A program made the position numbers and the translations under genes. A DNA stretch of 63,799 bases, counting the filler, from Octopus bimaculoides (taxonomy: Eukaryota), in assembly GCF_001194135.2 (NCBI RefSeq). It is 5 parts of 5 records of this genome, joined end to end, with 100 filler letters (N's around TTAATTAATTAA, not from the genome) between each part and the next. Parts side by side here need not be neighbours in the genome. Positions count along the whole stretch, not along the records: positions 1 to 12,866 come from NC_068983.1; positions 12,967 to 26,750 come from NC_068986.1; 3 more parts are not named here. The stretch is one strand, 5' to 3'. Every line of letters starts with the position of its first letter. Within the stretch, counting starts at the first letter, position 1. This document shows, in pieces, positions 1 to 13,968 of the stretch. The notes below the pieces were generated by a model. That model saw nothing but the letters and a program-made list of their open reading frames with translations. It did no database searches and was not told the origin of the DNA.

Positions 1-695
1 ATATATATAATTTATTTATGCACATATTCATACATATGTGTTTATATATATGAATGTGCGTCAGTGTATAAATAATTGTTTAGTAACTGCAACATGTGTC
101 GATCAGCTGATCTTATCTGACAAAGTCAAACGAGAGAGTAAGCAATAATGGAAATTTTCTAAAGTAAATACAAAGGATTGGGAGTTTTGAATTTCATTAC
201 CTAGGAAACTGCCGATGTTAGAATTCCCAATTTATTTTTTTCCCATTTATACGGATTTTGTGAGTGCGTCTCTGTGTGTATACGAATGAAGGATTCGGAT
301 TGGGGGGGGGGAGAAAAAGGGAGGGGAAAAAGGAAGTGTGAAAGAGAGAGAAAAATACAGCTGGGCAATTTTTGTAATGCTGAAGTGAATCGCTGGAAGG
401 TATATGTAGTGATTCACCAAAACCTCTATAAACATACACAAAGGCAAACACACGTGTGTGCGCACATGCACACGAATAGGCACACACACAGGCATGTGTG
501 TGTGTGTGAGCGTGCATATATATATATATACATATATATGCGGTGTGTGTGTGTTTGTGTGTGTGTGCGTGCGTGCATATATATATACATATATATATGC
601 ATACATATACATATATATACGGCGTGTGTGTGAATGTGTGTGTGTGTGTGCTTGTTTCTATGTGTGTGTGTGCGTGCGTGCGTGTCTGCGTGCGT

Positions 696-750
<55 letters not shown>

Positions 751-752
<2 letters not shown>

Positions 753-1006
753 CGGACTCTCCCGTCGATGACGACGCATTAGCGTTCTCCTGTTGCAAAC
801 GACCTGCACAAGTGATTTGCTTATAGTGATCAAATGTTCGTTTGTGCCGCACATTAGTTCACACCGCTCATCAAATCGTCATTGTCTGAACAGGTGCACG
901 TTGTACCACGCATCAAGTGTCGAATTGATCGCAGAGCACCACCTAGTCAAGGGATAGAAATCACGATCGCGAGTGCAACACCCTAACCACTCAGCCATGT
1001 GCCCTC
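751..1006 (-). mobile_element. tRNA-derived SINE (family C)
   Basis: Minus-strand head gtgagggcacatggctgagtggttagggtgttgc (A-box); body homologous to 10737-11012. Confidence 0.7.
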
Positions 1007-1201
1007 ACACACATACAAAAACACACACATACATATATATTTATAAACCTACTTAAATATGAAATACACAAACTGAAGTAGCGTTGGTAATAAGTGATAT
1101 TAGACCCATAGAAACCGGCAGGCTTGAGCGTGAGCCTATCCCGTATTTGTCCGATGAGGTAATTTGTCTCGAATCATACACACGCACGCACACACACACA
1201 C

Positions 1202-1246
<45 letters not shown>

Positions 1247-1305
1247 AACACATATACAAGCACACACACAACACGCTCACACTTGTATAATATACATATA
1301 TGTGC

Positions 1306-1371
<66 letters not shown>

Positions 1372-1426
1372 GTTTCCGCATGAGTACCATGCATACCTAA
1401 GATACAGGGAGCTTTTTTAATATATA

Positions 1427-1649
1427 CAGTTTTGTCCAGAAGTCACCCGACAGAAAATTCCATAAATACTATCTGTAATTCTGTATTGACTCGAATGGAA
1501 AAATGTGCCGCTCAAGAAGGCCTTCAGTTTGAACATTTCTCATGTTTCATATTTAGATGCTTTTATTTAATTCATTCAGTTATTAAACATAAAGAAATAT
1601 TGGATTAAATGGTTTTGATTTACTGTCAGGTGACTTTTGGCGAACCCTG
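1427..1649. mobile_element. Tc1/mariner-type MITE
   Basis: TA|cagttttgtccagaagtcacccgacag ... ctgtcaggtgacttttggcgaaccctg|TA: ~27-bp imperfect TIRs and a TA target duplication. Confidence 0.75.
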
Positions 1650-2041
1650 TATATAAATGGACGTAAATGAGAAGTCAGAATTTAATATCTTTAATATTTA
1701 CAACATATGTACCCTATTTCCATTATACAGTTTTAACTTTTAAAACTCTGTTCTATCTTTTGTATCAGCTGTCGACCAATATGTTGTATTTGCCTGTTAT
1801 CCAGAGAGGATCACATAAACTGGCTAATAACTGTGGTCGTTTGAGATCAATTGAGTTTCTTAATATACGCCTCCTCACCACACCCTAAACCCACCTCTCC
1901 ACTACCTTCATGAAGTTCTTCCTTTTCCTGCGTTGACTTTCACCGTTCAAGGATTCGAGGCTAGTTGGTCTACTGTCCTGTTGTTTAAACTACTTCCAAT
2001 GATTATTCTCTCATCAGAGACACTAAAACTTATATAAAATA

Positions 2042-2680
2042 TGTTCATTGCCACATTAATATGGCTGTTCCGTTGGAATCGACTTTACTACTGTTTTTAA
2101 CCCCGGGAGGAGCCTTCTCCAGCTGGTTATCGATGCGATCTGCACCCGATATATATTGCAATCAGGGGAGTGAACCCCTACCATCTTCAAGCAGACAACG
2201 GGATCAACAGACCGTATGGTTTCGGGCTATTTGTGCCCGCCCTCAGTGGAGAACACCTGTCCGCTAGAGATAGCAGTAGTTCGCTCCAGCTCGCAATATA
2301 TAGAAAACTAAGTGACAATCAGTCACTGATCATGCAACAAGCGAAGTAGCTAGTTAGAAAATCTCAATAAGAGATGAAGGTAGTAACTATACTGAGAAGT
2401 AATGTTTGTCGCCGCATCAATATGGCACAAATAGCCCGAAACCATACGGTCTTATGATTTCATTGTCTACTGGACGATGGTAGGGGTTCATTCCCCAACT
2501 TGCAATATATATCAGGTGCAGATTGCATCGATAACCAGCTGGAGGAGGCTCCTCTCGGGGTTAAAAACGGTAGCAACGTTGATTCCTACGGAACAGCCAT
2601 ATTGATGTGGCGATAAACAATTCTCAGTGTAGCTACGACCTTCATCTCTTATAGAGATTTTCCAACTAGCTACTTTGCTT
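2042..2680. repeat. Interleaved inverted repeats (196-bp and ~85-bp arms)
   Basis: 2042-2237 is the reverse complement of 2424-2619 (~85% identical); 2339-2426 is the reverse complement of 2596-2680. Confidence 0.9.
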
Positions 2681-3418
2681 ATATAAAATATATTTGTGAC
2701 TAAATTTTCAAAATAAAATATCAAAGCCAGTATTAAAAATATATAAAAATAAAATTATATCAACTAATAAATGAGACATAATATAAATATTATATAACAT
2801 TTAAAAGTTAAAGCGTTGGTGACACACTGTACATTAATCATTATCCAGAAAAATCGCCTGATGATCTAGATTTTCATAATTAACAACGAAGATTATATTA
2901 TACATCACAGAATTTATGGAGCAATTAATTACACATAAAATTCTATATCTAAATGAGACGCCACTCCATCACAGGGTTAAAATCCAGCCGTCACTGATAC
3001 TAGTTTTCAGTTAAGTTGTATTTGGAGCAACGTGAAAAGACATGTCTTGTCCAAGAATCGAATTCGCGAACTAACGATCATGATTTCAACACCCAAGCCA
3101 CTACGCTACACACCTTCGCTGGTATTATATACCACTATAGAAGAAAGTGGATGACTACCCATGCTGCCACTAGAACTTAGCATGACTTAATATGGCCTTA
3201 TGAAGTAGTAGAAATAGCAGCCATTACTCCCTGGACGACAATAAGAGTTCTGTCGATGCATATATTCTCTGATACCGTTGAGGTCTCCAAATATTTCTTC
3301 GGTAATATTATATTACTGGATGTGAATACTTAACCTAACAGAAACCACAACAATATCACCCTCAAATCACGCCCTTATCGCCTTAGAAAATTTTATATTG
3401 GAGCAATTAGTGTTAGGA

Positions 3419-4625
<1,207 letters not shown>

Positions 4626-4710
4626 TTCATTTACCGCTCGTAAAACTAGCGGTGGTGCACCAGCATAGCTGCAGCTCTCGAACTGGAGATAATAAAAGAG
4701 TAAAAGAGTA

Positions 4711-4790
<80 letters not shown>

Positions 4791-5322
4791 GTGTGTGTTT
4801 GTGTGTGTGTTGGATGAGGTTGTGACTTGAATAAGTAGTTGTGTCTGTCATTTATCCGTAAATTCCTTCTCATTAAATCTTAAAGAAACTAATAAAGTGA
4901 TGGGGGTGGGCATATACGGATCATACTCTAGAAACTTTACAGCAAAAGATCGCATGCATCATGCAACGCTAACCATTTGGAAGGACTACTGTCACAACAG
5001 TAAAAATTAAAGTAGTAATAGTAGTAGCATGAGAAGGAGGGTTTTTTGTTTGAGATGCAAAAGGCTTGAAATATATACAGCCGGAATTTCGTCTTTTTCT
5101 AAGCCATAACCCTGAAGTGACTTTATATATAAGGGAAGTGTGGTTATGTATATCAGAAAAATATATACAAGTCGAAACAATTTGTTGGCCTTTTATGTTT
5201 TTTTATAATTATTTATGTTATATAATATTATGTTATATTATATTATATTATATTCATAGTATTTAAGGTAATATTGTAATATAAATAAATTATTGGATTG
5301 TCCGTATATTATATTTGTTGTT

Positions 5323-5535
5323 GGAGGCGACGAGCTAGCAGAATCGTTAGCACTCCTTGCAAAATGCCTAACGGCAGTCAAACTGCCTTTACGTTTTGAG
5401 TTCAAATTCCGCCGAGGTCCATTTTGCCTTTCATCCTTTCAGGGTCGATAAAATAAGTAACAGTTGAACAGTCTAGTGTGATCGACTTATCTCTCCCCAA
5501 AATTGCTGGCATTGTGCCAAAATTTGAAACTAGTA
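5323..5535 (+). mobile_element. tRNA-derived SINE (family A)
   Basis: ggcgacgagctagcagaatcgttagc ... gagttcaaattccgccgagg ... gcctttcatcctttcagggtcgataaaataagt; the central domain resembles the Nin/Deu type (from memory). Confidence 0.8.
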
Positions 5536-7015
5536 TTGTTGTTGCTTTGTTTCTTGCCTCTTTTTTTTTTTGCTATTTAACACAAGTAACTAATTATGCA
5601 TGTAACTAATTATGCGGAACATTTTTCTCTGATATCCTTATAGTTTCAACAATTCACTGCTCTTCGCAGTAACGACAGTGAAAATACCCCAGAATAGACG
5701 TCTTAAGGTTCTTAAATGTATCGTCCATATTTGACTTAATTCTACGTTTAACTAACACTTCTTTGAAATCTGTTGTCCATTGTCAAAGCCTTTTCCAGCT
5801 GGAGTTATTTGTGCAAAATATATGGGAAAAATATTTTTAGAGAAATGTTTGAATGTACAGCGATCATTTATCTCTTCGGTAGTTTAAGAAAGCGTGCCGA
5901 ACGACGCTGGTCTAATAAAAATGCGATTATTCTATGTTGCATGTATGTGAAGTGTAATTTTGCTAATAAGAGGAGCAACGAAGTTTAATAAGATGAACAA
6001 CGAAGGTTATTAAAATATATTTTTGCTTCATTAGGGAAATAATTGATGGTAAATTGTACATTTAAAGGGATATTACGAAATTATTCATTCAATTGTCGAT
6101 AATAAAGATTGCGTGACTGAAGAATACCCCAATAACCAATGCTCATATCGATTATGTTTGTTTACAACAAGCATGAAATCCATATTATTGGGAATGGGAA
6201 ACGGGTAGATTCATCATAAAACGTAAAATGAATATTTAAGTAGTAATATTTCAAACATGCGTAAAATAACCAAATAAGATTTGTTCTTAAAATGAAACGC
6301 TAGGATCCGAAAACAATAATGGCGATTTCCTCGTTTGGAATTGGTCAAACGAAAAGAAACTGTTATTTGAAAGAGAATTCGAAGTTTTCGGACAGAATCT
6401 TTCATTAAAGGAATGGTCTTCTTTGAGGAAAGGAGGAATGTCCGACGAATTATTATAGGTTTCAAACTCCGGTTTGCAAAAAAGAATTGCATTTCTCTTT
6501 AGACATAAGCTAAACAAGCTGCATTTGAGAAGAGATTTACATGTTGAAGTTCATTCGTTTTAGAGTTCGTTACAGTTACATTGTTTTGTTATGATTTACA
6601 TTTAAGTAATATGCAAACTAATATTTTTCAGTTGTTTACACTTAAGGTTATATCCCGTTTTTAGAAATATGCTGGAATATTGAAGTTCGGATTTATAATG
6701 TTTTATTAATGACCACATACTTCCGAAATACTCTATTGTTTTTGTTTTTTTTAATTTTCTTTCTTCGTTTACCTAAACTATAGTAATTGAAATCTTTGAT
6801 GTAGGTGTAAGGATAATAACATTCTCTGCCGTTGGGGAGTGGTCAAAGAACTCGATTTATTCAACATGTATCTTAACAATCGTGTTTGTTAGTTAAGATA
6901 CATTATATTATTGATAATCTATACGAATAATATGGATCCTCATGACTGTTTTTGTTTTCAAGCATCATATTTGCACTATTCTTTTTATATTATATCTTCA
7001 GAAATCATTGCACGT

Positions 7016-7076
<61 letters not shown>

Positions 7077-7360
7077 AAGTGTGTGTGTATCTGTGTGTAA
7101 TATACAGTATGTCATTTATATATGCAGTATATCTACATATGCAATACACACAGACACACATATATGGATTAGCTACGTGTGTATATATATCCATATGTAC
7201 ACACACGTATACATAAACGTATATCTATAAACATGTATGTATGAATGTATGTATGTATCTTTTATGTTTTGTCTTTTACTTCTTACTTGTTTATATCATT
7301 TGATTGTGACCATGCTGGGGCACCGCCTTATAAGTTTAGTCGAATGTATCGACCCCAATA

Positions 7361-7506
7361 CTTTTTTAAAGCTTGGTACTTACTATGTCACTCTCTTTTG
7401 CCGAACCCCTAAGATATGGGGGTGTAAACACACCAGCACCGGTTGGTAAGCAGTGGTAGGGGTACAAACATAGACACAAAGACAAACACACATAAATACA
7501 TACATA

Positions 7507-7578
<72 letters not shown>

Positions 7579-7680
7579 CTCTACCACTGCTTACCAACCG
7601 GTGCTGGTGTGTTTACACCCCCATATCTTAGGGGTTTGGCAAAAGAGAGTGACAGAGTAAGTACCAGGCTATAAAAAAAG
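7361..7680. repeat. Inverted duplication of a family B SINE segment around (TG)n
   Basis: 7370-7466 versus the reverse complement of 7574-7670: 4 mismatches in 97 bp. Confidence 0.9.
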
Positions 7681-8053
7681 TTTCTGGCAGAGTTAATTGC
7701 GTCATGGTGCTGTTTTTCTTATAAACGGTGCACAACTGACACTACTATACGGTGTATTTGACAAAATGAAACGCAAACAATGCGCATGCACGAAATTAAA
7801 ACTATAAAATGACGACAATTTACCCATAAATCTACTTCCAAGCCTTTGAACATTTTTTCAAACAACATATCGCTCTATATTTCTCCTTTATTTGTTCTCT
7901 AGTTATTATTTCTTTACCCCTTCTCTTCCTATGGTCTACTTTTGCCGTCAGATTTTCTAACGGTTTTTTAAAAATACTTAATAGCGTTCTGTTTATCATT
8001 TATACAGTCATCAAAATTGTAATAATCGCTTGTTGTTGAGATGGGTTCTCTTT

Positions 8054-8136
8054 CTTTCCTGATGAGATTACATTATTTTACACCGTTTATTCCTTTGGAA
8101 TAAAACCAATGTTGTCTTCGAAACATATGTCGAAAG
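8054..8136 (+). ncRNA. Minimal type I hammerhead ribozyme motif (Penelope-type)
   Basis: Stem I ctttc(8054-58)/gaaag(8132-36); core CTGATGA 8059-65; stem II closed by G8066-C8119 with inner tttattcc-ttt-ggaataaa hairpin; GAAA 8120-23; stem III C-ATAT-G with palindromic loop; GUC cleavage triplet 8129-31. Confidence 0.8.
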
Positions 8137-8166
8137 TAAAAGAATTTGAATAACATCTGCGTTCAA

Positions 8167-8213
8167 CTTACACTATACAACTTACACTATACAAATTACA
8201 CTATACAAATTAC
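8167..8213. repeat. 14-bp tandem repeat x3
   Basis: (c/a)ttacactatacaa three times, just 3' of the hammerhead. Confidence 0.9.
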
Positions 8214-9352
8214 TGCACATTAACCTGGAGTTTCTACCTTTGAATAGGTCGCTACATCCTTGTTACTTGCGAGAATTTTGCTATCCTGGTAACTGTTTAT
8301 TGAATTTTCCTTCTGTGTTAAATGTAAACAAAGGATAATTCATTCATCCATTTATATATATATATATATATATATATNNNNNNNNNNNNNNNNNNNNNNN
8401 NNNNNNNNNNNNNNNNNNNNNNNNNNNNNNNNNNNNNNNNNNNNNNNNNNNNNNNNNNNNNNNNNNNNNNNNNNNNNNNNNNNNNNNNNNNNNNNNNNNN
8501 NNNNNNNNNNNNNNNNNNNNNNNNNNNNNNNNNNNNNNNNNNNNNNNNNNNNNNNNNNNNNNNNNNNNNNNNNNNNNNNNNNNNNNNNNNNNNNNNNNNN
8601 NNNNNNNNNNNNNNNNNNNNNNNNNNNNNNNNNNNNNNNNNNNNNNNNNNNNNNNNNNNNNNNNNNNNNNNNNNNNNNNNNNNNNNNNNNNNNNNNNNNN
8701 NNNNNNNNNNNNNNNNNNNNNNNNNNNNNNNNNNNNNNNNNNNNNNNNNNNNNNNNNNNNNNNNNNNNNNNNNNNNNNNNNNNNNNNNNNNNNNNNNNNN
8801 NNNNNNNNNNNNNNNNNNNNNNNNNNNNNNNNNNNNNNNNNNNNNNNNNNNNNNNNNNNNNNNNNNNNNNNNNNNNNNNNNNNNNNNNNNNNNNNNNNNN
8901 NNNNNNNNNNNNNNNNNNNNNNNNNNNNNNNNNATATATATGCGTGCGGACATGTTTGCGTATCTATGTATGTGCATGTATGTCAAAGCATGTGTTTGTA
9001 TGGTGATCCAGAAGAAGAAAATGTGAGAAGAACAAAGAAAGACTGGAGGGTCTCTTTTTTTTTCTTTTTTTACTTTCCTTTTGTTCTGAGATGTATTTTA
9101 TTCAATTTTCATGGTCAGCAGTTTCACGGGTGTTTGAAGTTAATGACATTTCAAGACACCAATTTTGCTTTTTGTGTGCGTGTGTTTTTTTTTTTTTCGG
9201 TTTTTTATTTGAAGGCAGATATCTCTCTTTCTCTCGGTGTATGAATACGTGCGTAAGTATGTGTGTGTAATGAATTTTTGAGGGCTTGGTCAGATGGAGG
9301 AGAAAATGATAAGGCGTAGAAACAAAAGACTGAATGAGAGAGAAAGAAAGAC

Positions 9353-9355
9353 GGA

Positions 9356-9399
<44 letters not shown>

Positions 9400-9403
9400 A
9401 GGA

Positions 9404-9449
<46 letters not shown>
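9353..9449. repeat. (AAAG)n microsatellite
   Basis: Direct reading. Confidence 0.95.
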
Positions 9450-9450
<1 letters not shown>

Positions 9451-9965
9451 GGGGAGAGAAGTAGCTTCTCACTTTAAATTGTGTTGTATTCATATGGTCA
9501 GCTTGAAGTTAATGACAATCTTAGATGACAATTTTGTTGAATGCATCTTTCCCCACCCTCTCCCACTTTCTTAATATAAGCATATCAACGTGTGTAAATA
9601 TACACATTAACACACACACACAATACATATAATACGTAATGCAATATGTATATACATACATACACATTCATACACATCCATACATATTAATACATATGGA
9701 AAAAAAGAAAAATGAACACGCAATACAGCGAGAAAAGTATTTAAAATAACCGTTAACAAATATGGATGTATAAACGCCCTCGGGAAAGCTGAATGGCGCG
9801 AGTACACTCGCTCATACAAGCATCCGCGAAAATGTGAGGTTTGGTGCATCATGATCACAAAGCGAGTTAATTATCTACTTGGTGTTTGTAAGAATGATGA
9901 GGTTAAAAGTAAACTTCAGTCATCCATACCTTAAAGTAAATTAAATTATGTTAACGGTTACTCAA

Positions 9966-10736
9966 AATTCATTCCCACTGCATTGTGCGAAAAGTACATT
10001 CATATGCGTGTAGGCATCTCGATAGTCCTTCAGAAATTCTATGAATGATCTTCTCGTTAGTTTACAGGATAGACAGGGATTCCTCGGGGCAGAGATGGTA
10101 TTTCCTGGAAATTATATTGTATGATTTCGCGTATCTTACTATGGACCACGTTATGCTGTACATCATTTTATCTTCCTTCAGTCGCCATACAAAATCAGTC
10201 AAAGATATTGAATGTTTCCTATTGATTGTCTTAAAGCTGGTGACATGGTTATGATAAGGATTCATAAATTAATCATCCGTCTGCCCATTGTAAACATACA
10301 TCCCTCCCATTGTGTGCACGGTACATTCATATACAAGATTAGTACTCATACAGAGATTCATCAAAGGACATTTTGAATTTTCCCTGCATGAGCATTTATC
10401 GTATTTATTTATACATAAGGCAGTCCTGACTCCCTTTACCGACGTTGTTACCGTGTTAGCTATATCATAAGTATTTCTACTACTACGATTTGGTCGTAAT
10501 TGGTGTTTATCATTGTGGTTTACATCTCCTTGGCTGGTAAATACATTTACCAGATGTATATGTTCGCTAGGTCCAGTAGGTGGGTTACTGAACCTTTGCC
10601 ACATTTTGCTATTGTTTATGCAATGCATAAGCTGCTTGGTGCAGGATGCCTTCACGGTGTGTCGATTAAAAATAGCATGATACCGATTACATTTAGGAAA
10701 ACATTTGTCCAAAGCAGCAAAAAATTTTCCAGCGAT
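9966..10736 (-). mobile_element. Penelope-like element fragment: linker, Cys-rich Zn-finger and GIY-YIG endonuclease
   Basis: ORFs 10269-10823 and 10062-10265 are one frame split by a single stop. They read GKFFAALDKCFP...IFNRHTVKASC...CSCRENSKCPLMNLCMSTNLVYECTV...YNGQTDD*F..YHNHVTSF...HSISLTDFVWRLKE...YSITWSIV..AKSYN..RKYHLCPEE, typical of the PLE C-terminal region. Confidence 0.85.
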
Positions 10737-11012
10737 CTGCAAAGACGACGTATGAGCGTTCAGCTTTTGCCGAACGATCTGCACAAATGATTTGCTTACA
10801 GTGATCAAATGTTCGTGTTGCACACTAGCTCGCTTTCTCCGTCAAATCGACGTTGTCTGAGTAGGTGCATGTTGTACCACGCGTCGGGTATAGAAGTGAT
10901 TGCAAAACAATGTGAGGTGAAGTGTTTTGCTCAAAAACACAACGCACCACCCAGCCTAGGAATTGAAATCATGATCGCTAGATTGTGAGTGCAACGCACT
11001 AACCACTAATCC
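10737..11012 (-). mobile_element. tRNA-derived SINE (family C)
   Basis: Homologous to 751-1006; abuts the Penelope fragment. Confidence 0.7.
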
Positions 11013-11044
11013 AAGATTAATAAAAACGAAGGTCGAACAGGTGG

Positions 11045-12270
11045 TAAAATTTTCAGAGAGAAATTTATCACGTTCCTTAAAAAAAAGAAAATAAGTTGCT
11101 AACATCTTTTTCCACAAGGAAGAAGTTGCCAGACATAGTTCCTATAACACTACGAATGAGTTGCAACGAAATGTGAATGCGATATATCTCGATTTTGCGA
11201 AGGCCTTCGGTAAAGTCGATCATAGAATGCCACAAATTGTGTGATCTCAGCATAGTCGGAAAACTAGGAGAGTGCCTGCACGAATTTGTAATACATAGGA
11301 GTCAGACAATATATCCAATGGGAGCCATCTCACAGGGAAAAAAAAAATGATAGTGAGTGGATTCCGAAGGAGTACAGACTTTGCTGTTTATGGTGGCTCG
11401 TTCAGACACGCTCTTAGCTATACAGACAGTCATACTCACTAGATATGCAGACGATACCAAAATATCACTGGTTACAGTGAAAGCTGGAGATGCTGGGTAG
11501 CTACAACATAAAAGCTATTTATAAGTCTACCGAAGAAAATAATACGCAATTTATTGCTGAAAAGTCCTATGCTCCCCGCTATTAGCACACAAAATTAAAG
11601 GCAACACACACAAAATACACTGGACCAGTAAAGTTTGCAGTCCCAGAATCACATTCAATATGTGACTTGAACATTAACATGAGTACCCATGTATCTATTC
11701 ATATGTATATTGTTATGACGGCAATGAAATGTTGACATCTAGACAGAGGGATTCTAAGAAATTTCAGAACAAGAGTGCAGGAAACCACACTGGTCCCTGG
11801 AGTAGCTTTGTCCTCAACTGTCGAGATTATTGCTCCAAATGGTGTTCACCACATAGCGCAACTTGAAGCAATCCAAGCTGCTACAAACAAAATGTTACCT
11901 CAATGCAACTGATCGACTCATGTAAAAGGCTGAAAAGTTAAAATACCTTAGGACAGAGTTGGGAAAGATATGCTGTAATATATGTCTAATAAATCCTGGA
12001 AGAAGTTGCACAGTTTGGCATTGAAAGCTATGTTAACCTCCGCACAAGGTGTCACTTAATAGTGTCAAAAATGCCATCCTCGCTACCCAGATTTAGGATC
12101 AGGCATTACAATAGCGTGGGATTCAAAGGTCCACCGGCTTTTTAATAGCCTAGTAAAAGACTTAAAAGACCAGCATTGTATGAAAGTAGAGGTGTTCAAA
12201 ACGCAACCAAGCCTACTTCACAGCATGAAACACAATTGAACTGAAACAACACCAATAGCGGTTCCGTAGC
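11045..12270 (+). mobile_element. CR1/L2-like LINE, degraded RT
   Basis: NAIYLDFAKAFGKVDHRM (~11177-11230), YADDTKI (11444-11464) and a C-terminal region similar to the 3.5-4.6 kb copy; many stops and frameshifts. Confidence 0.8.
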
Positions 12271-12327
12271 ATGACCACAGCTACCGGACTGAAGCAAACA
12301 GAAGAAAGCAAAAATAAAGATTATGTA

Positions 12328-12367
<40 letters not shown>

Positions 12368-12866
12368 TACACGCGCACACACACGCATACACACACGAAC
12401 ACACACACACACATATATATGTATATGTATGTATATATGTATATATGCAGAGAAGAAGTGTATTCCCACGAAATTTCTCGTGTGTGTGTATGTGTGTGTG
12501 TGTGTGTGTTTGGCGGCGTGTAAGATGTGCATGTATGACTGTGTGCATATTATGCATGTATGCATGTATTCCTGTATGTAAATATATATGTGGAAGTAAG
12601 CATTTATGTATAAAAATTTTTGATTTACATCAGACTGATTTAAATAGCCAATTATATATTTATTCCCCGATAACAACACACGAATCCAAAATTATAATTG
12701 CCTTAAAGATTCAATATCCGTGAATTGTATACAACTGAGCACATTTCCATTCCCAGACTTATAAGATCAAATAAATGCGAGCGCACGCGTGCGTGTGTGT
12801 GTGTCTGTGCGTCCATGTACGCGAGTGTGTCTCTGTAAGCATGTGCATGTGTGTGCTTAAATATAT

Positions 12867-12966
12867 NNNNNNNNNNNNNNNNNNNNNNNNNNNNNNNNNN
12901 NNNNNNNNNNTTAATTAATTAANNNNNNNNNNNNNNNNNNNNNNNNNNNNNNNNNNNNNNNNNNNN
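12867..12966. other. Artificial scaffold-join spacer
   Basis: 44 N + TTAATTAATTAA (stops in all six frames) + 44 N. Confidence 0.95.
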
Positions 12967-13496
12967 ACGCGTGTGTGTATGTGTGTGCCTGTGTGAGTGT
13001 GTTTATGTTGTTTACGTGTGTGGGGCAACCGGCGGCAAGAGTTTCTAAATTTTGCACAAATATTAAATTAACTTTCCTGAACAGGCAAATATATTGAGTA
13101 AAATCATTAAAGAAAAAAGGCAATAAATGAATAGACAAAACGATAGATGGAGACAGATGGAGAAATACAGTGAAAGATATACACAGACACGCAAACAGCG
13201 ACACCACACTGACGTAAACATATAGATAAATAGATATGTTATTGCTGAATGTAATGGCGAATAGGCAAAATGCAAGCAAAACAATATGGCGGAACTGTAA
13301 TAGACGCCATTATGACAATAGCTGGATTATGAAATTATGAAAATCTTATTAGAAGCTTTTACTTTTAACTTTTTATTTATTTTTCACAGGTTTCATCTAA
13401 ACATCAATGTAGATAAAACAGAAACATGCATGCACACGCGCACACAGACAGACACTCAAACACATATATATGTGTAAACACACTAGTGTGTGTATT

Positions 13497-13538
<42 letters not shown>

Positions 13539-13926
13539 TACATATATACATATATAATATCCTTGATAATCTAGATAAAGAGATTATTGCATATACATGG
13601 CGGTAGACACAATAACTTAGTTTAAGTGTTATACATACATTGTTTAACGTAGTTATTATATATTTATGTAAGATACCCCGCTTGCTAATAACACAATCAC
13701 ACAAAATGCACAAATGTAAACAGTGATATATATCTCGTTAACAGGATATATATTTAGAAAACGAATTCTCTTTAACATTTCTAAAGAACATAAATTCTAC
13801 AAAATTTCTACAAACAATTCCTAAAATATGCCTCCACATGTCTTACACACATAAAGAGAAGCATTATATATATAAGAGCGAGATATAGAGATAGAGAGTG
13901 ATAGCTGTATATGTACGAGTATGTAA

Positions 13927-13968
<42 letters not shown>

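Larger units (their letters stand above)
7690..8377 (+). mobile_element. Probable Penelope-like pseudo-LTR/3' fragment carrying a hammerhead
   Basis: AT-rich non-coding block containing the 8054-8136 hammerhead and ending in (TA)n plus a gap. Boundaries approximate. Confidence 0.45.

Noticed and set aside
218-1400. Many HT/CV/YI-repeat ORFs here and throughout the window
   Set aside because: Translations of (CA)n, (TG)n and (TA)n microsatellites; no coding complexity or splice support.
10078-10108. Plus-strand 30-nt mini-exon candidate (DRQGFLGAEM) with ag/gt flanks
   Set aside because: Lies antisense within the Penelope GIY-YIG remnant; chance splice-like sites.
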